From Octopus sinensis (taxonomy: Eukaryota): a stretch of DNA of 64,000 nt. The position numbers were made by a program, and so were the translations under genes. The DNA lies in assembly GCF_006345805.1 (NCBI RefSeq), contig NW_021833030.1, positions 25,505-89,504 on the forward strand, read 5' to 3'. The notes beneath the pieces are model-generated. The model saw only the letters and a program-made list of their open reading frames with translations. It ran no database searches and was not told the DNA's origin. This document shows, piece by piece, positions 14,031-27,209 of this stretch (position 1 is its first letter; each line of letters begins with the position of its first letter).

Positions 14031-14420
14031 GTGGAGGCGCAATGGCCCAGTGGTTAGGGCAGCGGACTCGCGGTCGGAGGATCGCGGTTTCGATTCCCAG
14101 ACCGGGCATTGTGAGTGTTTATTGAGCGAAAACACCTAAAGCTCCACGAGGCTCCGGCAGGGGGTGGTGGTGAACGCTGCTGTACTCTTTCACCACAACT
14201 TTCTCTCGCTCCTTTCTTCTGTTTTCCTGTCTCTTGTACCTGTATTTCAAAGGGCCAGCCTTGTCACACTCTGTGTCACGCTGAATCTCCTCGTGAACTA
14301 CGTTAAGGGTACACGTGTCTGTGGAGTGCTCAGCCACTTGCACGTTAATATCACGAGCAGGCTGTTCCGTTGATCGTAGCAGCTGGGACCCTCATCGTCG
14401 CAACCGACGGAGTGCTCCTA
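14031..14420 (+). mobile_element. SINE family C, subtype C1 (tRNA-derived)
   Basis: A box TGGCCCAGTGG and B box-like GTTTCGATTCC. 13-bp TSD TACAATGCTGATG at 14018-14030 and 14421-14433. Near-identical copy at 49533. Confidence 0.92.
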
Positions 14421-14969
14421 TACAATGCTGATGAGGTTTAAAAGACCGAAACATATATTGCTAAGCCTTTGTCTTGAAACATAGATTAGACTTTACATTT
14501 CCTATAATTTAATTTTAAGACCTAAATTCTTAGATTCTTGAAATTATCTGCCCGTTTTAATTTGAGATTCTCTGGCAATTACAACTAAGCTTTTAATTAT
14601 TTTCTCCAAATATATGATAGGAGTTTCAATTAATTAGGAATATTTTGCATACAGCATCGAGTAAGATACTTTTTACTCATCATACTAAGTCACGACTACC
14701 ATAATCACCATAACCACCACTGCCGTCACCACCACCACCACCACCACCACCGCTACCACCATCACTGTAACCTCCTGCACCGCCAACACCAGCAACACTA
14801 GGAATTATTAGTGCAATAAGAACTCAGTGTGTCACGTGTGTTTTTTTTCTCTGTGTGTTTATGTGTAGGCGTGAGAAAGAAACTCGCTGATTGGTTCCAA
14901 TTTTCCTGTTCGTTGTAGCATATAATTGCTATGATATAACAATCCACTGAGTCAGACGTCATCTCAGCG

Positions 14970-15026
14970 TGATGGTGGTCACGACGACGACGACGACGAC
15001 GATGATGACGACGGTGATGATGATGG

Positions 15027-15090
<64 letters not shown>

Positions 15091-15102
15091 TGATGATGAT
15101 GG

Positions 15103-15136
<34 letters not shown>

Positions 15137-15172
15137 TATGATGATGATGATGATGATGGATGATGATGATGG

Positions 15173-15214
<42 letters not shown>

Positions 15215-15425
15215 CAAAGATAACGATCATGATGATTATGTTGATGACGTCGATAACGACGATGAGGATTATGTTGATCATGACGACGACGACGACGATG
15301 ATGTTAACGATGGTGATGATCATGGTGATGATGACGAAGATGATGGTGATGATGTCCATGATCACGACGACAACAATGACGATGATGACGACGAAGATGA
15401 TGATGATGTTCATGATGATGAAAAT
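14970..15425. repeat. (GAT)n / (GAC)n triplet tract
   Basis: Direct inspection. Confidence 0.95.
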
Positions 15426-16568
15426 GGATTGTGCTGGTAGTGGTGGCGGTGGTGACACTATTGATTGCTGGTGGCGATGGCTATGCGAAACGGCAGTAAC
15501 TGTGACGATAATAGTGCCTGTAACAATGTGATGGCTATACTGATAGTGATATAATGAGAGTGATGATTAATTAATGGTTGGTGATGGTCTTGGTAATGGT
15601 AATGATGGTGGAATAAAATATCGGTCAGAAATGACCGATAGAATAAAATAATACACAACTACTTATGAAGGCTTCGTTTGGCTACGTATGTGTGTGAGCA
15701 TGCGCGCGCATGTGTGTGTATCTATGTGTAGACGGAGACTGAAAGCACCCTCGTCTATATAATGTGTGTGTGTATGAATGTATTTGTCCCCCTACCATGG
15801 TTTGACAACCGATTCTGGTTCGGTTGAATAAGCACTAACTTACAGAAAGAATAATTCCCGGGGTCGATTCCTTCGACTAAAACCCTGTAAGGCAGTGCTC
15901 CAGCATGATCGGAGTCAAATGGCAAGCTGTATCGTCCTTTCTCTTTACCTTGGATAACATTAGTAGCGTGGAGAGGTGAGGCTGGTAAGCATGGGCGACT
16001 GCTGGTCTTCCATAAACAACCTTGTCCGGATTTGTGCTTCGGAGGGTAACTTTCTAGGAGCGATCCTATTGTCATTCATGACCGAATGGGGTATTTACAT
16101 ACATACTAACATACATACAAACACACATACATACATACATGCATGCATACATACATACATACATACATATATACTTACGTATATATATATATATATGTCA
16201 ATGAATAACGAAGACGTACAGGTATCGATTCATTACGGCCATTTCAAGCGACTCCTTTAATTGATTAATGAAAACATTAGATTATCCGAAAGAAACCGTT
16301 CCCGTCAGATGACAGCATAGACTTCAAACATAAACGATAAAACCACCGACCTAACATATTCACATCAATAATGGAACTCAAATTATTTACATTGTTTTTG
16401 TTGTCATTCATACCTCTGGCAAGATGAGTTTAGATCTAACAAGGTGCCTTGATTTAACTACCTAATTCAGCGGAATTTTAATTTTATTTCATATATATAT
16501 ATATGTATGTATACATAATACATACATATATATATATGTGTGTGTATATACCTGCATATATGTATATG

Positions 16569-16810
16569 GGATCTATTCAGTTTCAAACAGATTAAAAAAT
16601 TTTTTTCTTAACTAAACAGTTTGAAACTTCGAATACTGGTAGAATTTCTCACGTAGAACACGGTTTACTCTGAACGTTTTTGACAAAATTTCCTATGTTA
16701 GGAGTTAATTCGTGTCAAAGTTGTCGTATTCAGGCAATTTCAACCAATCAACGACGTGTGCTCGCTTCAAGAAAGTTACTGCTGTTTGTGATTGAAACTG
16801 GATAATATCC
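16569..16810. mobile_element. Diverged GG-terminal MITE (Merlin-like), related to the 24849 and 27436 elements
   Basis: TIRs GGATCTATTCAGTTTCAA / TTGAAACTGGATAATATCC. 8-bp flanks TGTATATG / TGTATACG. Internal TTCGAATACTGGTAGAAT and GCAATTTCAACCAATCA are shared with the 27436 copy. Confidence 0.7.
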
Positions 16811-16818
16811 TGTATACG

Positions 16819-16849
<31 letters not shown>

Positions 16850-16854
16850 TATTA

Positions 16855-16887
<33 letters not shown>

Positions 16888-16894
16888 ATTTATT

Positions 16895-16942
<48 letters not shown>

Positions 16943-16954
16943 ACACATACATAT

Positions 16955-16987
<33 letters not shown>

Positions 16988-17705
16988 ATATATATATATG
17001 TATGTATTTAGATATATATATATGTGTGTGTGTATCTATGTCCAGATAGATAGATAGGTATACTATATATATGTGTGTATATGTGTGCGTGTGAATTTGT
17101 GCATTTTAGTACGTGATGTGTGACTGATAGTGCTGTGTGCATGTGTGTGTATGTGTATGTAGGGGGAAGACCTGCAAACTCAAATGCCTATTTCTAATAT
17201 TTATATATCACAAGCGAAATAAACATTCGCACACATATTCCAATGCATCATTGGAATATACACACATTTATACAGAATACAGACGGACGCGTGCACGCAT
17301 GTATGTTGATGTATGTGCGTGTGCGTATGTATATCAGACACTATATAATGGAGAAAAGACAAACTACCGCGTTGACATTAAACAAAAATCCCACACGCAC
17401 TCACTCACTCACTCTCTCCACTCACTCATACTCTTACTCACTCACTCACTCACTCTCTCCACTCACTCATACTCTTACTCACTCACTCGCACACTCATTA
17501 CTTATTTACCACTCCCTCAGTTACTCACTATTAACGGTATACACGTTTGAGTGAACGCACAGTTGCATAAGCATTCGTACGTAAAAATGCACTTACATCC
17601 AGCGTTGCGCTTAGACTAACATTTAATACATACATATATACATATTATATATATACATATATATATATTATATATGTATATATATATATTATATACAACA
17701 TATAT

Positions 17706-17759
<54 letters not shown>

Positions 17760-17799
17760 GTATATATATAATGTATATGTATATATGTATATATATATA

Positions 17800-17840
<41 letters not shown>

Positions 17841-18078
17841 AAAGAGAGGAGAGAGAGAGGCAGGAAGGGAAAAGGATGTTACGATTGTGTGTGTGTGTTT
17901 GTGTGTGTCTGTGTGTCTACATGTGTGCGTGTCTGTCTTTGAGTCTCTCTATGTGTCTGTGTATTTCAGAAGTTCTTCTAAGGGCAAGGCCCAATGCACT
18001 TATCTCCATCGATGCGCACGAATTAATACTAATATAGTGAGAAAGACACCGAGGTAGACAGGAGAATCTTGTGTGTCA

Positions 18079-18133
<55 letters not shown>

Positions 18134-18341
18134 TGTGTGTGTGTCCACATGCGTGTGTATGTATGTATGTGCATGCACGTCTCTATGTACGTGTGCGGAT
18201 TTTGAGTATCTTGTGTGTGTGTGTGTGTCTACGTGTGCGTTTATCTGTGTGACTATATCTCAGCTGTACTCCTGACGGCAAGGCCCAATGCACTTATTAG
18301 CTTTGAATTTATTAAAATAATATTTATCTATCTCTGGCCTC

Positions 18342-18398
18342 TGACGTCGCCCATAAAATGGCCGCCGAAGGCAAACATGCTGGGAAGTCCCACATTGC
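18342..18398. promoter_or_regulatory. Candidate cis-regulatory motif cluster (CRE-like, YY1-like, Staf/ZNF143-like)
   Basis: TGACGTC, AAAATGGCCGCC, CATGCTGGGAA and TCCCACATTGC within 60 bp of apparently unique sequence. Confidence 0.25.
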
Positions 18399-18581
18399 TT
18401 TTTCAGTGTTCGGTGAGACATGACCAACACTTGGCACTAATACCGCTGCTCATGCTGCTCCTTGAGCAGCCAACAAAGAAGGAATATTGCTAATCTATAA
18501 ATAATATAAAGAATTATGACATCGTAAGGAAGAAAGTATGGGAATATAATGAGGCAGAAAATAATGAAATAGCGTTTGATA

Positions 18582-18645
<64 letters not shown>

Positions 18646-18723
18646 GAAGTTAATGTAGAAAGTAAGAATATATAAATATATACACTAAATTAGGATATAT
18701 ATATAGTGTATATATATTATATC

Positions 18724-18767
<44 letters not shown>

Positions 18768-18959
18768 ATATACATGCATATACATGCATATATTTTGTGT
18801 GGTGGGATTCCTCTGTGTGCAAGAGTGAATGTATATAGGTATGTACGTATCCATATATTTGTGTATATGTATAGACACACAGACGATTAATCATACGCAT
18901 ATACGCATACATATAGGTGTCATATATATATACACATACACACACACACACACACACAC

Positions 18960-18995
<36 letters not shown>

Positions 18996-18996
18996 C

Positions 18997-19038
<42 letters not shown>

Positions 19039-19241
19039 TTCTATAATTATAAACATAATTATAATCAGGAGTCAGCACCGAAATTAAGAAATTGGAGTTA
19101 AATGCCTTTTCTACTACCATAAAGATCTCCCAGACAGTAATACACTTTTTTACGTAGGCAAAACGAAAAAATAACGAATCCACACACACACACACACAAC
19201 ACACACACACACAAACACACACACACATACACACACACACA

Positions 19242-19288
<47 letters not shown>

Positions 19289-19381
19289 AATACATACACG
19301 TGTGTGTGGGTATGTATGTGTCTGTGTACACATGTGTATAAAGAAGAGAGATTGGATTGAGTAAATGCGCTTTATTGCATA

Positions 19382-19511
19382 ATACTACAATCGTTTCATC
19401 TCCGCTTTACCAGCAGGTGCCTAACGAAATATTATGATATAATATATCAAATATATTACATTGCATCACTATTATTTCAGGTACATTGTTAAGTAGAGTC
19501 TCCTCAGGGAT
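19382..19511 (-). ncRNA. Degenerate type I hammerhead motif with long stem II (Penelope-like element remnant)
   Basis: Minus strand: ATCC-CTGAGGA-[~100-nt imperfect hairpin]-GAAA-CGATTG-TA-GTAT, with AATAAA about 10 nt downstream. Confidence 0.5.
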
Positions 19512-19715
19512 GAATGGAATGAGTCTGCTAAATCAAATCATATTCCGCAGAAAGTAGACCACTCGTTGATTCTAGTACTATCACTTCATTAGCATATCAC
19601 ATTTATATGAACCAAACACCGTTAGATCGTAAACCACAAGTACAGTTCAGTTGATTAAGAAAAACAGGTGGAAAAGAAACTATTTAAATATAATTATTCA
19701 AGACATAATAATATT

Positions 19716-19841
19716 TTCCCGAACCTCTAATTTACGGTGACGTAAACACATCAACACTGGTTGTCAGGCGGTGATGGGAAGGAACACAACACAAAGACAG
19801 ACAAACAGACACATACACACGCACACACACACGCACGTATA

Positions 19842-19912
<71 letters not shown>

Positions 19913-20142
19913 TACGTTTATATATTTTTGTTGAAACAGATATTGTTATATATTCGGAATGGTCATTTTGCCAGTTTAGCCAAGAAAGAAATCTGGCCGA
20001 AATAAGATTAAGATTAATGTAAAAAATAAATAACACTGAAGCAAAGTAACACCAAATATATAGTGCGTGTGTTTTTATTGGCTAAACTGGCAAAATGACC
20101 ATTCCCAAATATAACAATATATATATATTATATATTATATAT

Positions 20143-20189
<47 letters not shown>

Positions 20190-20349
20190 CATGTGACAGG
20201 TTTCTTTCAGTTCCCGTCTACCAAATACTCTCCTCACAAGGCTTTAGTCGGCTCGAGGCAATAGTAGAAGACACTTGCAGAAGGGCCCACGTAGTGGGAC
20301 TGAACCCGGAACCATGTGGTAGGGAAGCAAGCTTCTTACACACAGCCGC
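19716..20349 (-). mobile_element. SINE family A split by microsatellite expansion and a nested MITE
   Basis: The 3' half lies at about 19716-19800 and the 5' half (TTTCAGTTCCCGTCTACC...GGGACTGAACCCGGAACCATGTGG...CACACAGCC) at about 20197-20349. Confidence 0.75.
19941..20120. mobile_element. MITE with ~42-bp TIRs inserted in (TA)n
   Basis: ATTGTTATATATTCGGAATGGTCATTTTGCCAGTTTAGCCAA versus TTGGCTAAACTGGCAAAATGACCATTCCCAAATATAACAAT. Confidence 0.8.
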
Positions 20350-20386
20350 AATATTTTTTTTTATAAAAATGTTTGAAACCTTTAGA

Positions 20387-20460
<74 letters not shown>

Positions 20461-20496
20461 CTATCACTTTCTGTCTGTCTGGTCTGTCTCTGTATG

Positions 20497-20528
<32 letters not shown>

Positions 20529-22264
20529 ATATATATATTATATATGTTAGTGTACATGTTTATACCTACAGCCTGAAATCATTGGATTTTTAACGTTACA
20601 GAAATATAATATACATACTCACAAAATGCACTGTTTTGGGATTTTAATGCAAGAAATTATTGTAATTAACCCGACATTTACATCTTAATTAATTTCCGTA
20701 TTTCGTATATTTCTATAATTATCTTAATTCAAGCACCTGTTATTTCGCTTGCTTTTCGAGTATCTCTTTGCATTGGTTAATTGCTTTTACAAATTACCAA
20801 AAACCCATTAATTTCACGATGCTCTCATTGTTTACCATATTTCAATTCCATGAGAATAATTTATCTTTTATCTTTTACTCGTTTCAGTCATTTGACCACG
20901 CCTATGCTGGAGTAGTGTCTTTAAGGGCTTTATTCATTTTGACTCTATTGGCATTGTCAGCAAATTGACACTCGCTTTTTGGCTGTTTGGGAGGAGACAG
21001 AGACTGATTTCAAACCATGGCGTAGGTTTATGAAAAAATGTAAAGTTGTAAAGTTGTAGAGTCAAATTGGATGAAACAGCCGTAGGAAAGAAGAAAATGC
21101 AGAACATGATCTACAAAGCGAGAACTGCCAACAGTATTCTGCAATACCTGTGGTGAGTATGAGGCATTTTGGCACAGCTGTTTGGCACCGTCTACTTGAT
21201 GTCACTGACTCGATGATGACTTACTTGACATCAAACGTTTAATATTTTGTTCTCTTTCGTTTATATTTTCTTTCTTCTTTCCTTCCTTCCTTCCTTTCTT
21301 TCTTATTTTTCTCTATATCCATTTTATTTCTCTTCCTTTCTCTCCTTCTCTTGAGGATGTTTTTTCTTATGTAAATAAGAATATGGAAACCAGTTATGTC
21401 AGCCGTGTTCAATTAATACATTATAAGCTCTCTTTCGTTCTTTCTCTCTCTGTCTCTCTCACACATGTACTATATCTTTCTGCGTGTTTATATTTCTGCA
21501 CACGTATGCACACACATGCGTATGTGTGTTAACCCCCTGTCCCAAAAAGCACTGGCGGCAAAACAGCTTCACTGTCCAGTCAGCTGTGACAAATTGCCAT
21601 CGACCAAACTGCCACAATCAACGGTCTCCATTCAACCTAAGATCAGGGTTGTGCCACTATCTTCGGTCTCCAATCCCACAAATGCGTAAAACCTAACAAA
21701 AGTAAGGAAGGTGTTCACTATTTAAAAAAAAAAAAAAACACACGCACACACGAAAAAAAAAAAGGGCGAAGCATTTCTCCTGGTCCCAAGTCATACTTGA
21801 TTACATCTGACAGCAAAGAAAAAATAAGAAAAAATAAGTTGTAGATAGACAGAGAGACTATTTGTACCCATCCATTAGCGAGATTCAAATGACACTTCGA
21901 TCGGGTCTTCGCAACACTGAAAATTTGACCATCTGCTGCTGCCTTACCCGTAGGACCATTGAATGGAATATATCAACATAGAATTTGTTATTTTAGCAGA
22001 CACTATAACAACAAAACCGCCGGCACTATTCTATATAAAATATCTTCAACATCAGTAACGCCATTATGTTTTCCCCATTTCTGAATGTAATCGAAGTGAA
22101 AATGACTTAAGGATTCTTACTGTGTTAAAACGAAAGACATCGAAAGAACCACCTCTCTTATGTAGCAATAGAAAGACTAAAGCCAGCGAGTGAGCCTTTA
22201 CGTGGTCGTTCAGCCTGCTAGAAATAGCTCCCAAAACTCCTTCAAAATACAAAAAACATTTGGT

Positions 22265-22680
22265 TACTCTTTCTCTCTTTTACTTGTTTCAGTCATTTTG
22301 ACTGCGGCCATGCTGTCGCACCGCCTTTAGTCGAGCAAATCGACCCCGGGACTTATTCTTTGTAAGCCCAGTACTTATTCTATCGGTCTCTTTTGCCGAA
22401 CCGCTAGGTGACGGGGACGTAAACACACCACCATCGTTTGTCAAGCAATGCTAGGGAGACAAACACAGACACACAAACACATACACACACACATATATAT
22501 ATATACATACATATATACGACAGGCTTCTTTCAGTTTCCGTCTACCAAATCCACTCACAAGGCATTGGTCGGCCCGGGGCTATAGCAGAATACACTTGCC
22601 AAAGATGCCACGCAGTGGGACTGAACCCGGAACCATGTGGTTGGTTAGCAAGCTACTTACCACACAGCCACTCCTGCGCC
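22265..22680 (-). mobile_element. SINE family A, full length
   Basis: Reverse complement of the complete head, CORE-like segment, microsatellite and tail. Confidence 0.95.
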
Positions 22681-22787
22681 TATTACTGTTTCTGATTGCT
22701 ATTTCTATTACAAGTTACAACAGATTTCGATGTCATATTTTCTTAAATCCTTAAAAATAAAATAAATAATTATATAAATAAAACATA

Positions 22788-22951
22788 GGCGCAGGAGTGG
22801 CTGTGTGGTAAGTAGCTTGTCTACCAACCGCATGGTTCTGGGTTCAGTCCCACTGCGTGGCACCTTGGGCAAGTGTCTTCTACTATAGCCTCGGGCCGAC
22901 CAAAGCCTTGTGAGTGGATTTGGTAGACGGAAACTGAAAGAAGCCCGTCCT

Positions 22952-22994
<43 letters not shown>

Positions 22995-23302
22995 TGTGTG
23001 TGTTTGTGTGTCTGTGTTTGTCCCCCTAGCATTGCTTGACAACCGATGCTGGTGTGTTTATGTCCCCGTCACTTAGCGGTTCGGCAAAAGAGACCGATAG
23101 AATAAGTACTGGGCTTACAAAGAATAAGTCCCGGGGTCGAGTTTATGTCCCCCGTCACTTAGCGGTTCGGCAAAAGAGACCGATAGAATAAGTACTGGGC
23201 TTACAAAAAGAATAAGTCCCGGGGTTGAGTTGCTCGATTAAAGGCGGTGCTCCAGCATGGCCGCAGTCAAATGACTGAAACAAGTAAAAGAGTAAAAGAG
23301 TA
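22788..23302 (+). mobile_element. SINE family A, full length with ~85-bp internal tandem duplication
   Basis: A box TGGCTGTGTGG and B box GGTTCAGTCCC. 23056-23140 is repeated at 23141-23228. Tail (GTAAAAGA)n. Confidence 0.95.
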
Positions 23303-23492
23303 ATATGGGATGTTTAGCTTCTGAGTCCTATGCAGACAAGAATGAATAAAACGGAATGATTACGATAGAATGCCTTTATTTAAAGGTTTGTTCGATCAGA
23401 CTGACCATGGGCTAAACAACACTGAGAGCAGTACCAGCAGCACCAGCAGCAGCAATAACAGCAACGAGCATAATAATAATAATAATAATAAT

Positions 23493-23662
23493 TTTTTCTA
23501 CTCTAGGCACAAGGCTCGAAATTTGGGGGTAGGGGTCCAGTCGATTAGATCGACTCCAGTATGCAACTGGTACTTAATTTATCGAACCCGAAAGGATGAA
23601 AGTCTAAGTCGACCACGGCGAAATTAGAACTCAGAACGTAAAGAGAGACGAAATACCACTAT
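23493..23662 (-). mobile_element. SINE family B (GGCCTTGTGCC-tail subtype) adjoining (AAT)n
   Basis: TTTTCTACTCTAGGCACAAGG...GTACTTAATTTATCGA...CGAAAGGATGAAAG...GAACTCAGAACGTA. Confidence 0.8.
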
Positions 23663-23771
23663 ATCGCATGTGGTGGGGTGGATCTTCAAGTTGCCAGACA
23701 CATTCTTCGTAGCTTAGAGTAGGCTCGAATTAGAGATTATTCTTTGTGGCTAATGGCGTGAGTCCTGATTG

Positions 23772-23795
23772 GAAGAAGAAGAAGAAGAAGAAGAA

Positions 23796-23831
<36 letters not shown>

Positions 23832-23876
23832 GATGATGAAGAAGATGGTGATGATGAAGAAGAAGAAGAAGAAGAA

Positions 23877-23912
<36 letters not shown>

Positions 23913-24143
23913 GAAGATGATGAAGAAGATGATGATGAAGAAGAAGAAGAAGAAGAAGAAGAAGAAGAAGATTATGATGATGATGATGATGATGATAATG
24001 ATGATGATAATGATAATGATGATGAAGAAGATGATGATGATGATGAAGAAGAAGAAGAAGCAGAAGAAGAAGAAGAAGAAGAAGAAGAAGAAGAAGAAGA
24101 AGAAGAAGAAGAAGAAGAAGAAGAAGAAGAAGAAGAAGAAGAA
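23772..24143. repeat. (GAA)n / (GAT)n compound microsatellite
   Basis: Direct inspection. Confidence 0.95.
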
Positions 24144-24848
24144 GGTACAATGTCTCATATTTGGATGTAGGTATAGCCCAAAAGTTCAACCCCAATATTT
24201 CACTGGCACTTTATTTTATCAAACCTCATATGGATACAAGCAAAGGAACTCAGCCAAATGCTACAGAATGTTTTGTCCAATGATATACTTTTGCTTCTGA
24301 CCATTCATACTTTCGTTTCTGTTTTCTTTTTCTATGGTTTAGTTAAGGAATAAAGGTAATCTCGAACGATCCTTATTTTATGTATGCTTTCGATACTGAC
24401 TGGAAGAACGGAGGGAATTTTCCTGAAGTCGAATTCCTAGCCCGGGTGTTTGCAACTGGGTGAACCCCAGTAAAGGCCCCCCCAAGGACTTAGAATACCA
24501 CCCAAGTTCTTGGTATAGAAAGAACTGGAACGAATAGCAAAATCCTCTGCTGCACTAAAATTCCAATAATCTATCGGTCTGGATTGGTAGTTTATTTTGT
24601 GGACACCGCAAAAAGAGGAAAATCAAAGTTGACTTCAGTGAGTTTCGAACTCAGAGCATAACGATCCGGAATAAATACGATAATTAACAATTCCGCCAGG
24701 CTATGATGTCGAACTAGTATGTTTTCATTGACCCCGAGAGGATGAGAAAGCTAAAGTTAATTTCGGTGGAATTTGAACTCAGAGTCCAGGAAGCCGAAAT
24801 ACAACAAGTAACAATTCTACCAAGCAATGGGCCCTGGCTAGTATTTTC

Positions 24849-25272
24849 GGATCTTTTCGGTTTGAACGGCAGTTTTTTCTAGCGGTGTCATATAAAATTG
24901 TCACCCATAATTATGACCCAAGTATCAATCTATTACATTTCAATCTGTTTTAGGGTTAGGGTTAGGGTTAGAAGTGGGGGGAAGGGTATCTTTTTTCTTC
25001 ACAAATGTAAATAAACCCAATCTGTTTCTTAAACGAGGGACATATCCATACGGCACAGAATGTTTTTAACTCAATGGATGTATTTGATTGGTTGAAATAG
25101 CAGAAATTGAAGAAAAAAACAACAACAAATATCTTACAAACTATAGAATTTTCTCAATAAAGCCAAGAGAAAAAGATGTTTTATAAACACATTCTACCAG
25201 TATACGAAGTTTAAAATTTTTTAGTTACCTAGAAATTATGTTAAAAAACTGCCGTTCAAACCGAAAAGATCC
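24849..25272. mobile_element. MITE with ~30-bp GG-terminal TIRs and 8-bp TSD (Merlin-like), carrying (TTAGGG)3
   Basis: GGATCTTTTCGGTTTGAACGGCAGTTTTTT ... AAAAAACTGCCGTTCAAACCGAAAAGATCC. Perfect TSD GTATTTTC at 24841-24848 and 25273-25280. Inserted in decayed SINE B copies. Confidence 0.9.
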
Positions 25273-26241
25273 GTATTTTCTTTATTGGATCCCGAAACGA
25301 TGAAGAAAGCAAAATTGACCTCGGCAGCATTTGAACACAAAGTGCTGAGAGCCAAGATAAATACAACTAACAATTTCACTAGCCCACCGTTTTGGACAAG
25401 TATTTTTCTTCATGGAGCGTGAGACGATGGAAAATCAAAGTTGACCTCGGCGGGATTTCAACTCAGTGTGTAGAGATCCGTAACAAATATCGCCCAACAT
25501 TTTCTTCAGCGTTCTATCGACTGTGGAGTTAATATCAAGAAGTGGAAGCGAGTGTCTTCGTATATAGTGTATGTATTTGTGTGTGTTTGTGTACGCGGAT
25601 CTCTCTTAGTTTGAAGTTTAACTCCTCTGTTTTCATGCTGTTCTAGGGCTCAGTTATGTAGTGGCTTCGTATTTCTCGGTTCTGGCAGTGAAGTGCATGA
25701 ACACCCAGAGACGGAGACGAGTCAGAAGACGCAGGGTGGATCGGTGTATCATTTTGAGCAGAGCAGAACGGAACAGTTTGATGACATTTGAAATGTTGTG
25801 AATATCCCGAGGGTGGTACAGAGATGTCTATATGAGAGTCAGATCTTGTGAATGTGTGTGGTGGGGATATGCTGAAGGCCTGTCACGACACACGTTTATT
25901 TTTCGGCCTCCATGTCGTCTAAGGAACTTTGACATTAGACGTTTGTTTTGGTTTAGCCATAGGGAGGATTTGCTGCCTCTCAATTCACCTTTATCTGTTC
26001 CGGGGTGGGATTAGTACCAGCAGGTTGCAAACGTATATCTAAAATCTAAGAGAAGAGAATGGCATTTTCTCAATTGAGAGATGAATAAAGGGAGAAGAAA
26101 GAAGAGGGGGTGAGAAGGAAAAAAATTGTGTGTTTGGGGGTATGAATGTCTGAGATGTGGGGTGGGGCAAGAGAAAAACACAGAAGACGGAATACATCCG
26201 TGCTTGTATTGTGAATAAAAGTACTATGTAAAGGTCTACCA

Positions 26242-26722
<481 letters not shown>

Positions 26723-27209
26723 CACTAGTACACACGCACACACACCCATGTGTTGTATAGAATAACAATAACAAACAGAGAAAAAAAAAAGACATAATGA
26801 AGATAAAAACAAAGAGAATAGAAAAGAGCATCACCAGCACCATGAATATTATTCTGGCCAAACCAACAGAGCAGTGTGGCGGGAGGTAGACATGAACCAA
26901 CGAAGGAAACATTATATATATGTGTTGCGTGATTGTTTTCACTCAGTAAAAATACTGGCAGGATGAGCAACGATACAGAGAGGGCGGTGTTTATAGAAAG
27001 TCGTTCCTATCCAAATATGTTTGGGTTTTTTTTTTGTTTTGTGTATGTATTTTAGTTTTTAGTCTAGAGAAAGTGAAGAAACTGCATGATGTCTTCTATT
27101 CACCTCATGGAAAGAATGTCTTGGAAATTTGGGGAAAATTTTAAGATTAATTTTTAGCACGAAATGTAGTTTATTTTTTTTGATTTAGAGTTGAAGAATA
27201 ATAACTGTT

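Noticed and set aside
14031-14105. tRNA gene
   Set aside because: tRNA-like SINE head. It lacks an acceptor stem and poly-T terminator and continues into a repeated body with a TSD.
23730-24300. Poly-Asp/Glu or poly-Lys/Met ORFs
   Set aside because: Pure (GAA)/(GAT) microsatellite.
24950-24971. Telomere or chromosome-fusion scar
   Set aside because: Only about three TTAGGG units, internal to a MITE that is present twice.
25700-26020. Possible exon or LINE relic (DIRRLFWFSH resembling RRLRWFGH)
   Set aside because: A single short motif, too decayed to assign.
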